From a virus (Duplodnaviria > Caudoviricetes), in the IMG/VR virus record IMGVR_UViG_3300031605_000700, positions 1 through 27,107 of that record: a stretch of DNA of 27,107 bases, one strand, 5' to 3'. Below are positions 17,572-25,352 of this stretch, one piece after another (within the stretch, counting starts at the first letter, position 1; each line of letters opens with the position of its first letter). Under the pieces are notes generated by a model. That model saw nothing but the letters and a program-made list of their open reading frames with translations. It was not told where the DNA came from and ran no database searches. The position numbers and the translations under genes were made by a program.

Positions 17572-19047
17572 TTAGGTGTATTGAATTCTGGTTTTATTAA
17601 AATACAGTCCATACACTATTGCTGTTACTATTGTTGTCACTAGCACAGCAGATATAGGTCTTGTGAATAGATCCGTAAATCCGTACAACTGAAAGTATAT
17701 AAATCCTAATTGTTCTACTTTAGCTGATAGTATAAAACCTATAACAAATGCAATTCTGTTAAATTTTCCATGCTTCATACCTAGCCCAAGTACAACAAAT
17801 ATTAATAGTACCCATAAATCATCTAGTGTACCTGTGTGTTGCATACTTGCCCATACCACTATTCCAATTAATAAAGGTCCCCAAAAATAGAATGGTATTC
17901 TTAAAAGTAGAGTTGCCCACCTAAAGAATAATATTGCTAGGAAGAAAGTAACAAATACTGCCATCATCCAACCCCAGCCTAATGCTTTAAAGAAGTTAGG
18001 ATCATCAAGGACTTCTGTACTACCTAGGTCCATGCCTACGTATGCCAATAGTGCCATCACAATTACTTGTCCTGCCGCACCCGGAATACCAAATAAAATA
18101 GTAGGAACAAATACTGCCGCCTTCTGTGCCAAGTTTGCACCTTCAACACCAATAACTCCTCTAACATTACCGTCACCAAAAGCGTATTCATCGGTAGGTT
18201 TAGGTCTTGCAGATACAGCCGCATATGCTAACCACTCTGATATTGAACCACCTAAGCCAGGTATGGCTCCAATAAGAGTACCTACTGCTCCACCTTTAAC
18301 TGAATCCCATTTATGTTTCCACCAGTCTTTAAATCCCATTTTGATTTGTTCCCAATTGTTATGTACTGACGGTGGTATAGTTATTTTTGTTCTTATGTGT
18401 TCTAGTATTTCAGGAACAGCAAGAATACCAGCCATCACAGGTATAATTTGATAACCTTGTTTAACGTATTCCCAATCAAATACAACAAAACGATACACCT
18501 GGTGATCCATTGGATGCTCTCCAGTCATACCTACAAGTACTCCTAGTCCACAGGCTAGTACTCCTCTAAAAGGATAGTTGTTACCTGTAAAACATATTGC
18601 CGTCATTGCCAGAACACATAATAAAAACATTTCGGGTATGCCAAAGTACATTACAAAGTTTGCATAGAAAGGTAACATTAAAATACAAATACCTCCCCAT
18701 AGTACTGCTTGACTTACTGCACCAAATAATCCTGCCGATAAAGCTCTCGTGGCTTCTCCACGTTTGGACATTGGGAAACCGTCTAGCATGGTGGCGGTAC
18801 TACCTCCACCTCCGGGTATGTTCATACACACCGAAGCAAACATATCTCCTATGGATGCTGATACAAATACACCAGCAATCATAATCACCATACTATATGG
18901 ATCACCTAAGAATAAATCTGCATATGGATACAAAGCAATCAATCCAAGTTTAACTCCTGCAACAGGAATTAATCCAAATATAAATCCATAACCTACTGCT
19001 ATTAACAGTAAAGGAACATAATGCATTAATGGTTGCATCTCTACCAT
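17572..19047 (-). CDS. tctA: Tripartite tricarboxylate transporter large permease
   Basis: Multi-pass hydrophobic protein; GLIPVAG, NIPG....ATMLDGFPMSKRGEA.RAL, GAIPGLG, GV...EGAN.A, PTILFGIPG TctA motifs. Confidence 0.93.
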   Translation of the reverse strand: MVEMQPLMHYVPLLLIAVGYGFIFGLIPVAGVKLGLIALYPYADLFLGDPYSMVIMIAGVFVSASIGDMFASVCMNIPGGGGSTATMLDGFPMSKRGEATRALSAGLFGAVSQAVLWGGICILMLPFYANFVMYFGIPEMFLLCVLAMTAICFTGNNYPFRGVLACGLGVLVGMTGEHPMDHQVYRFVVFDWEYVKQGYQIIPVMAGILAVPEILEHIRTKITIPPSVHNNWEQIKMGFKDWWKHKWDSVKGGAVGTLIGAIPGLGGSISEWLAYAAVSARPKPTDEYAFGDGNVRGVIGVEGANLAQKAAVFVPTILFGIPGAAGQVIVMALLAYVGMDLGSTEVLDDPNFFKALGWGWMMAVFVTFFLAILFFRWATLLLRIPFYFWGPLLIGIVVWASMQHTGTLDDLWVLLIFVVLGLGMKHGKFNRIAFVIGFILSAKVEQLGFIYFQLYGFTDLFTRPISAVLVTTIVTAIVYGLYFNKTRIQYT

Positions 19048-19586
19048 AGTTTAATCCATTCTGCGTATATTCTTCTTTGTCTTAATTCCCATTTTAGATC
19101 TACAACTTTGAATCCGTTTTGTTTAGATAACTTTTCATTATACTCAAAACTCCAATCGAACACTGGAGTATCATACTTTCCAACTCCTCCACATCCACGA
19201 CCGGGTATTCCTGGATTCTGTCTCCAGTATATTCTACTGCCTGGTTTAGCATATTTGCTGATCTTTGCAATCTGTTCATTTACAAATTCCTCTGAGACAA
19301 AATTTATAGAACCTAAAACAAAAAATACATTAAATTCTTTGTGTGGTATATACTCTTCCCAAGAAATATTTGAATCAGCATTAGAATTTGCTATATCTAT
19401 TCCGTATATTCTATCACCTAAATGTTTTTTGAATACATTGTATCCACAACCAATATCTAATATCTGATCTTCAGGTGTTATTTTCGACATCAACTTCCAA
19501 CCAGAGTAAGTGTTTAAATCATGATGTGGTTTCCATTTGTTTGCAAACCAGTTAATAAATTTTTTATTATTTTTAAGGTCAGCCAT
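19041..19586 (-). CDS. Class I SAM-dependent methyltransferase
   Basis: ILDIGCG motif I, IYGID, FNV...GSINF, KPG..IYWR.NPG. Confidence 0.85.
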   Translation of the reverse strand: MADLKNNKKFINWFANKWKPHHDLNTYSGWKLMSKITPEDQILDIGCGYNVFKKHLGDRIYGIDIANSNADSNISWEEYIPHKEFNVFFVLGSINFVSEEFVNEQIAKISKYAKPGSRIYWRQNPGIPGRGCGGVGKYDTPVFDWSFEYNEKLSKQNGFKVVDLKWELRQRRIYAEWIKLW

Positions 19587-20170
19587 TATTTTACTACCGT
19601 TGCTAATATATCTGGTTTCATTTGATTTGGAGGCGATGATAAGTCTTTGTTAAAAAACTTTTTATAAAACTTTGTGCCAGGTTGATACCATTCAGCTTCA
19701 TGTTGAAGACTAAATTCTAATATTTTTTGATTCTGTTCATTTATTGCTCTTGCCATTCCATCACTATCTCCATATGGTCCATAGTTTGGATATTCAATAT
19801 TAAATCCACCTGCTTCACTCCACCATTGTAGTGAATTCACATCAGGTCTGTATATTAACATTATCCAAGCATCAGGATATTTCCATTTAATCTCAGGTAG
19901 CATTAATGCCCATTCATGACTGCATAAGAATTTTGTACCACCCTTATCTGTAAATGGTGCATCTAAATTCTCTTTATCTAGTGTTACAGGAAACTCCATG
20001 CCTCGTCCATAAAAGGCTCCTAGGTGTCTAGCACAACCATGATGATAGTATTGTCTCTTATCATTACGATCGGTTATATTAAATTCACCTGTGTCGCAAA
20101 GTGTTTCTGTAAATGATGTCCATTGTGATCCTGGTACACCTGTTACAAATATGTATTCTGGATATTGCAT
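19586..20170 (-). CDS. P-loop sulfotransferase-like protein
   Basis: YIFVTGVPGSQWT, SHEW, YPDAWIMLIYRP; start ATG 20170 by TAATG coupling. Confidence 0.6.
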   Translation of the reverse strand: MQYPEYIFVTGVPGSQWTSFTETLCDTGEFNITDRNDKRQYYHHGCARHLGAFYGRGMEFPVTLDKENLDAPFTDKGGTKFLCSHEWALMLPEIKWKYPDAWIMLIYRPDVNSLQWWSEAGGFNIEYPNYGPYGDSDGMARAINEQNQKILEFSLQHEAEWYQPGTKFYKKFFNKDLSSPPNQMKPDILATVVK

Positions 20171-20367
20171 TAATCCCTTCCCCATTTAATCTTATCCCAT
20201 ATTCGTTCATGAATATAATATACACCGGTCATACTTACAAATACACCTGTTAGCCAACCAGTCATAACCAAATTACCTGTTATGATATAACTTACAAGTG
20301 GCCAAACAATTAAACCAATTGCTCTCCATGATAATAATTTTACTAGTGATCTTTTTTTTGAGTCCAT
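20170..20367 (-). CDS. DUF2061 small membrane protein
   Basis: DS.KRSLVK..SWR...two hydrophobic helices...YYIHERIW..IKWG signature. Confidence 0.88.
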   Translation of the reverse strand: MDSKKRSLVKLLSWRAIGLIVWPLVSYIITGNLVMTGWLTGVFVSMTGVYYIHERIWDKIKWGRD

Positions 20368-20996
20368 TAATAATTAATCTTCAATTGTATGTCGTCAAAT
20401 GGTCCTTTCTTAGATTGTTTTATATACTTTTTATTTGCTTCGTTTGTAGCTAACTTGGTAATATATGCATTGTTATAGTCTATAGGAAAATTAATCATTT
20501 TGCAAATGTTTTTTAGGTAACTTTTGCCATATAAGAAAAACAGTTCTTGTGAAAGATAAAAAGCATCAGGTAGTAGGCTTAAATGTTGTAATGCCACCGG
20601 TGTTGTATGTTCACCTTTTCTTACTCTTAATTGTTGGAATCTTAGTATGTTTTTATCTCTACCTATTATTGCTACTTGTACATCTGCGTACTTTTTTGCT
20701 TCTTTTATAAACGTATGATATTTAGGTATAGCAAATTTTTTATCAAGGACATAAGGACAACTGATACTTGTTATATAATATTTAGATTGCGACCAGTCAA
20801 AGTCACTTAATGTTTTAGGATTGTTCCAGTATGGTTGAAATACTTCTTGGTCATGACCTAACCATTTATGTTTATATAAAGCTGACCAACCTAATACTTC
20901 TTTGTGTAGTGAAAATATTTTACTGAATAAATGGTTACCAGATCCTTGAGGTCCTGTAATTATTAGTAGTGTAGGCTTATCTTTTCCAGTGGGCAT
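20367..20996 (-). CDS. P-loop sulfotransferase-like protein
   Basis: LLIITGPQGSGNHLFSK, IIGRD, LSQE; ATG 20996 preferred over TTG 21023. Confidence 0.6.
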   Translation of the reverse strand: MPTGKDKPTLLIITGPQGSGNHLFSKIFSLHKEVLGWSALYKHKWLGHDQEVFQPYWNNPKTLSDFDWSQSKYYITSISCPYVLDKKFAIPKYHTFIKEAKKYADVQVAIIGRDKNILRFQQLRVRKGEHTTPVALQHLSLLPDAFYLSQELFFLYGKSYLKNICKMINFPIDYNNAYITKLATNEANKKYIKQSKKGPFDDIQLKINY

Positions 20997-21537
20997 AGAA
21001 TCTTTCACCAACGTCCCAAGCAATCATTTGTACAGTGAATCCATGTAATTTTGCTTGTCTCATATTCTCCTCCCACGACCAACCATAGAATTTACCTTTC
21101 ATCTTCTCACGATTAATATTTGAATGATTGTAAACACCTGGATTGCATCTTATATGAACCTCAGCATTATCTTTTAATAATAAACTTAACTTGGCAATTT
21201 CAGCATTAATTTTTTCTTGGCTACCAAAGTTAATGGCACCCCATGATACTGCAACGTCAAACTTTTCTTTGTGTTCAAATTCTAGTATTGTTCCAACAAA
21301 GTCTGCCATATGTCCTGCAGGGTCAATGCCATATACTCTATTGTTAGGTAATCTTTTATGAGCACTATCTCTATTACAACCAACGTCTAATACGTATGCT
21401 GATTCAGGAATTTTAGGAATAACAAAAGGCCATCCATAATTATAGTCTTCGTGCATTCTATTTGGTTTCCAATTGTTTTTGAAATATCCAGTTAAGAATT
21501 CCTGATCCTTTTGTAATTCTTTTACATTTGTATCCAT
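20977..21537 (-). CDS. Class I SAM-dependent methyltransferase (paralogue of 19041-19586)
   Basis: VLDVGC, VYGIDP, KFDV...GAINFG, IRCNPG, WS.E.N, R.YA.W shared with the paralogue. Confidence 0.82.
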   Translation of the reverse strand: MDTNVKELQKDQEFLTGYFKNNWKPNRMHEDYNYGWPFVIPKIPESAYVLDVGCNRDSAHKRLPNNRVYGIDPAGHMADFVGTILEFEHKEKFDVAVSWGAINFGSQEKINAEIAKLSLLLKDNAEVHIRCNPGVYNHSNINREKMKGKFYGWSWEENMRQAKLHGFTVQMIAWDVGERFYAHWKR

Positions 21538-21788
21538 TATTTTTTCTCTTCGGAATTTCTAGCAGGTTTGAATACCGTGCCATGTAATGATTCGTAAGTT
21601 TCTAGTTTTTCAGTTAGCTCTTTTACAATTTGTTGATATTCAGATACTTGGAATTCTAAACTACCAAGTTCTGCACAAAGTTTTTTAATTTGTATATCTT
21701 TATCATCAATTTGTCTTGTAAGATCGTGTGGACCTCTATCGTTAAGTCCATTTTGAAATGCTATATCTACTTCTTCTTTAATACCCAT
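21537..21788 (-). CDS. Small coiled-coil hypothetical protein
   Basis: Start ATG 21788 (TAATG overlap with upstream 45-aa ORF); heptad-rich central region. Confidence 0.75.
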   Translation of the reverse strand: MGIKEEVDIAFQNGLNDRGPHDLTRQIDDKDIQIKKLCAELGSLEFQVSEYQQIVKELTEKLETYESLHGTVFKPARNSEEKK

Positions 21789-21925
21789 TATTTTCCTTGT
21801 CTTGCGTATGCTTTCCAAGATCTTTTTTTGCTTTTGTTCATTGATGCTTTCTTAACACCTTTTCTACGTCCTTGTGAAGTACGTTTTTTCCCACCTTCTC
21901 TGTGAACAAAATTTCCTGGTTGCAT
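21788..21925 (-). CDS. 45-aa highly basic protein (KKxxSQG...Y.xQG type), missed by the ORF track
   Basis: MQPGNFVHREGGKKRTSQGRRKGVKKASMNKSKKRSWKAYARQGK; 16 K/R; TATAAT 6 nt before ATG; TAATG coupling to the next gene. Confidence 0.8.
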   Translation of the reverse strand: MQPGNFVHREGGKKRTSQGRRKGVKKASMNKSKKRSWKAYARQGK

Positions 21926-21931
21926 AATACT

Positions 21932-21975
21932 ATTATACTAGACAAATATTACTGTTAATGCTAATATATTAAATA
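21932..21975. promoter_or_regulatory. Divergent promoter region
   Basis: Plus: TAGACA(21939)-17 bp-TAATAT(21962) and TAAATA(21970)-N5-ATG. Minus: TATAAT(21937-21932)-N6-ATG. Confidence 0.65.
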
Positions 21976-21980
21976 GTTAT

Positions 21981-22433
21981 ATGATCAAGTACAAACTAAC
22001 CTGTGATTGTGAAAGTAAATTTGAAGGCTGGTTTCCCAGCATAGTAGAATTTGAGAATCAACAAACTAAAGGACTATTATTATGTCCTATGTGTGATAGC
22101 CCTAAGGTTAGAAGAGACATAATGGCTCCTAGTGTTAAGAAAAAAAGCACTAAAACAATAAGTTCAAGACAAAATGGTAAAAAAGCTATGATAGATATGG
22201 CAGGTGGACAGATGGTACTAGGTGCTAGAGCAAGAACCCTATTAAGAAAATTAGAGAAACACGTTACAGAAAATTTTGAGAACGTTGGTAAAAACTTTCC
22301 TAAAGAGGCACGTAAAGCAGTCAAGGGTAAACGGAATGAAGAATTCTATGGGACTGCTACAAAGAAAGAAGCAAACGATTTAGTTAATGAAGGAATTGAT
22401 TTGTTTCATGTTCCAAAAGTAAAAGATAATTAA
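21981..22433 (+). CDS. DUF1178 family zinc-ribbon protein
   Basis: MIKY.L.C...FEGWF.S...F..Q...GLL.CP.C.S..V....MAP; V..NF..VG..F..EARK; YG.AT..EA..L..EGI. Confidence 0.9.
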   Translation: MIKYKLTCDCESKFEGWFPSIVEFENQQTKGLLLCPMCDSPKVRRDIMAPSVKKKSTKTISSRQNGKKAMIDMAGGQMVLGARARTLLRKLEKHVTENFENVGKNFPKEARKAVKGKRNEEFYGTATKKEANDLVNEGIDLFHVPKVKDN

Positions 22434-22444
22434 TTTATATTCAT

Positions 22445-23623
22445 ATGAGTATGCACGAAAATACATTATGCAAAGCCGCTTTCGGTGACATATTGTTAGA
22501 CACCAATGGTGATGTATTGCCTTGTTGTTTTATCAAAAGGAACAGTAATAATTTAAAAATAAAGGACGTAGATAATTTAAACAATTGGTTTTTTAATAAT
22601 AGAGAACTTACTTCGTTGAGAGAAAACTTATCAACTAATATCAAAGATAACAAATGTTCTTACTGTTGGAACGCAGAAGCAGAAAAGAAATGGACACTAC
22701 GAACATCACAGGAGTATAAACTACAACCACCAAAAGCTAAACTACTTCATATCACAGGTGGTAGGTTATGCAATTTAGCCTGTAGAATGTGTGGGCCATC
22801 TTTGTCATCAAAGATACAGACAGAAAATAGGGCATGGCAAGACATCAAAGGATTAGATCACAATTATAATTGGATTGATGATCAAGATAATGTTGCTAAA
22901 ATAATTGAACTTATAAACAATCAAGATATAGAACAGATGCAATTACAAGGGGGAGAGCCACAATTAATGAAAGGGTTTGTTGATATCATCACACAGATAG
23001 ATAGTAAGAAAAGATCACAAATAGGATTGCAAGTTACAACTAATGCATCTATTTTTAATGAAAAGTTTTGGGAGCAGGCAGTTAAATTTCAGAGAGTAAC
23101 AGCAGGTATTAGTATTGATGCAACAGGATCAAGATATGATGTTATAAGATATCATGGAGACTGGGAAACAACAGAAAAGAATTGTATTAAGATATTAGAC
23201 TATTTGTGGACTAATAGAATAGATCCAGGTCCTAATCCAGCATTAAATTTAAACATAGTTCTGCAATTAGCAAATATTGATCAGTGTGATGCAATGAATT
23301 CTTTTTATGAAGATTTACAAAAACGTTTTCCTGGTATTGCTTTTAACTTAACTTTGGCACATATTAATGATCTTGATGCATCAAATCGTGCGTGGGATAT
23401 TCAAAATTTACCATTAGAAATACTTAATTCACTACCAAATATAAAAGCGGAGACCCAACTAGTCAAACAGTGGCGTGAAGGGATTGACTATGCAATAGAA
23501 AATAATGGTTATAATAAAAATTATAGACAGCAAGTTCTTACTAGAGAAGAACATTTTTTAAATGTCCATGGAAAAAACTTATGGACAGAGAGACCAGATT
23601 GGTTTGAAATTTACAATAGATAA
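22445..23623 (+). CDS. Radical SAM protein with N-terminal twitch/SPASM-like cluster
   Basis: CKAAF...GDVLPCC...CSYC, then CNLACRMC, GGEPQL, TTNA, ISIDA...IRY. Confidence 0.9.
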   Translation: MSMHENTLCKAAFGDILLDTNGDVLPCCFIKRNSNNLKIKDVDNLNNWFFNNRELTSLRENLSTNIKDNKCSYCWNAEAEKKWTLRTSQEYKLQPPKAKLLHITGGRLCNLACRMCGPSLSSKIQTENRAWQDIKGLDHNYNWIDDQDNVAKIIELINNQDIEQMQLQGGEPQLMKGFVDIITQIDSKKRSQIGLQVTTNASIFNEKFWEQAVKFQRVTAGISIDATGSRYDVIRYHGDWETTEKNCIKILDYLWTNRIDPGPNPALNLNIVLQLANIDQCDAMNSFYEDLQKRFPGIAFNLTLAHINDLDASNRAWDIQNLPLEILNSLPNIKAETQLVKQWREGIDYAIENNGYNKNYRQQVLTREEHFLNVHGKNLWTERPDWFEIYNR

Positions 23624-24760
23624 TTAATTTATATTCAGCCAATTAAGAAAACTATTAGGAAATGTTTGTAGACTTATATTTCTAATAGTTGATAATCTTT
23701 TTAAGTAATTTGCACATCCTACTCTATCTTGTTCTGTACATTCCAACAAAACTAAATCAATAAATTTTTTTTGTGCAGGATCGTTTGAATGTTCCTTAAC
23801 AAACTTTTCTTTAGATTCCGGATCAAGTATGCAAGGTTTAAGATAGTAAGGGTCAGTTACAAAGTTTGGTAATAGTTTTTTGTGTCCAAATAGATTTAAA
23901 AATTCTTTATACTTAAATGTACTTAAATTACTATGAGTATTAGAAAACTGATAGTCAATATTATATTCATCTAACATTTTAAGCCGACCATAAAACCTTT
24001 CCCATGGCATTCCTTTATCATAACGTATAAATTCGTGATCAGTGCCAACGCTTTCAGCGGAGACGGCAACGTCTATATCTAACCGACTAGCTAGTTCTAA
24101 GAACTTTTGGAATATATTATTAGGTGTACCAAGTCCTGTTACTACTTCTATTTTTACTTTTTTAGAAAACTTTTCAACAAAGTTAAAGAAATTTTTATGT
24201 AGTAATGGTTCACCACCAGAGATTATTAATTTGTTTATACTATTAATGTTATTTTCAATAGCAATCATTAATAATTTAAAGAAATTAGACTGTGAACGTT
24301 GTTGTTGTTTTAATTTTATTTGTACCTTATTCATTGACGTTAATTCGTTTACTCCAACAGGACCGTGTTTAGCAACAGTATGTCTCCATGTGCTTGAAAG
24401 TCTAGGAGAACAATAGGCACAGGCCATATTGCAGTCAGATGACATACTAATAGATATTGTTTTTGGTATTAAATTTGGATCGTTTAAATATGTACCTGGG
24501 TCAACTACATCTCTATAAGATACTTCACCGCGATCCTCTGCTCCATAACAAACGTCACAACTCTTAAATCTTTTATTTTCCAACATTAATTTCCTATCTT
24601 TTACCATTTGGTCACTTAATATTATCTTTGTTGGATCTTTTTCACATTCGTTGATGTGTAGTCTTTCTGGATATGCATGACAGCAGTTATAAAGGAGTCT
24701 ATTTTCAACATCAATGAATATTTGATTGAATTTGTCATAACAGTACAGGTTTTTTAACAT
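23624..24760 (-). CDS. Radical SAM protein with N-terminal twitch/SPASM-like cluster
   Basis: CYDKF...NCC...CDVC, then CNMACAYC, GGEPLL, EFIRY; start ATG 24760 by TAAATA-N5-ATG (ORF open to 24832). Confidence 0.9.
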   Translation of the reverse strand: MLKNLYCYDKFNQIFIDVENRLLYNCCHAYPERLHINECEKDPTKIILSDQMVKDRKLMLENKRFKSCDVCYGAEDRGEVSYRDVVDPGTYLNDPNLIPKTISISMSSDCNMACAYCSPRLSSTWRHTVAKHGPVGVNELTSMNKVQIKLKQQQRSQSNFFKLLMIAIENNINSINKLIISGGEPLLHKNFFNFVEKFSKKVKIEVVTGLGTPNNIFQKFLELASRLDIDVAVSAESVGTDHEFIRYDKGMPWERFYGRLKMLDEYNIDYQFSNTHSNLSTFKYKEFLNLFGHKKLLPNFVTDPYYLKPCILDPESKEKFVKEHSNDPAQKKFIDLVLLECTEQDRVGCANYLKRLSTIRNISLQTFPNSFLNWLNIN

Positions 24761-24819
24761 ACTGATATTTAATAAAGATTCACACGGCACACTTAATTTA
24801 CCATTACCAATCAATAAGG

Positions 24820-24848
24820 TTGACATATACACGTCCTTCGTGTAAAAT
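24820..24848 (+). promoter_or_regulatory. Near-consensus sigma70 (early) promoter
   Basis: TTGACA-17 bp-TAAAAT. Confidence 0.8.
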
Positions 24849-24921
24849 ATATTTTATATGTTGTTAAGAATAGTTCTATCGAATCTAGCCTTACTTCATT
24901 TTATCAACCAAGGAGAAAAAT

Positions 24922-25290
24922 ATGTTAAGATTCTTTAATACTTTTTTTCCTACTATTAAAAAGGAAAAAATAAACATGGCAAACTCAACACAATACGTTG
25001 TCTACACTAGAAACTTTAAATCTAGAGCTAAACAAATCGGTGTATTTGCAGAACCGGCTTCTAAATATAAAGTAAATGGAGAAGTTAACGGTGGCAAAAT
25101 TAAGTTTAAAAACCTAGCAGTAAAACTTACTGCAAGAAAGACTGCAACTAACAAGTTGTTATCTAAAGGCTTAGACTTTACTGTAAATATTTTAGGTACA
25201 GTACCTATGTCATCTGCATTAGGAATGAAAGCAAACATAATTTCATTACTAAGAAAATCAGGCAGAAAAGTAATTAATTACTCTGCGTAA
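24922..25290 (+). CDS. Basic hypothetical protein, stand-alone early transcription unit
   Basis: AAGGAG RBS before ATG 24922; second AAGGA before in-frame ATG 24976; own promoter and terminator; Lys/Arg-rich. Confidence 0.8.
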   Translation: MLRFFNTFFPTIKKEKINMANSTQYVVYTRNFKSRAKQIGVFAEPASKYKVNGEVNGGKIKFKNLAVKLTARKTATNKLLSKGLDFTVNILGTVPMSSALGMKANIISLLRKSGRKVINYSA

Positions 25291-25305
25291 TTAATATCTA
25301 AATTT

Positions 25306-25335
25306 AAAGGGCGGTAGAAATATCGCCCTTTTTTT
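25306..25335 (+). terminator. Intrinsic terminator
   Basis: AAAGGGCGGTA-GAAA-TATCGCCC followed by T7. Confidence 0.9.
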
Positions 25336-25352
25336 ATGGCTTAAATATCAAT

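Noticed and set aside
23621-23626. Zero-gap convergent stops (TAATTA) between two radical SAM genes
   Set aside because: Ordinary compaction in phage genomes; no further structure seen.
24795-24810. AATTTACCA motif shared with 12080-12088 near promoters
   Set aside because: Only two AT-rich 9-mers at inconsistent distances from different promoter types.
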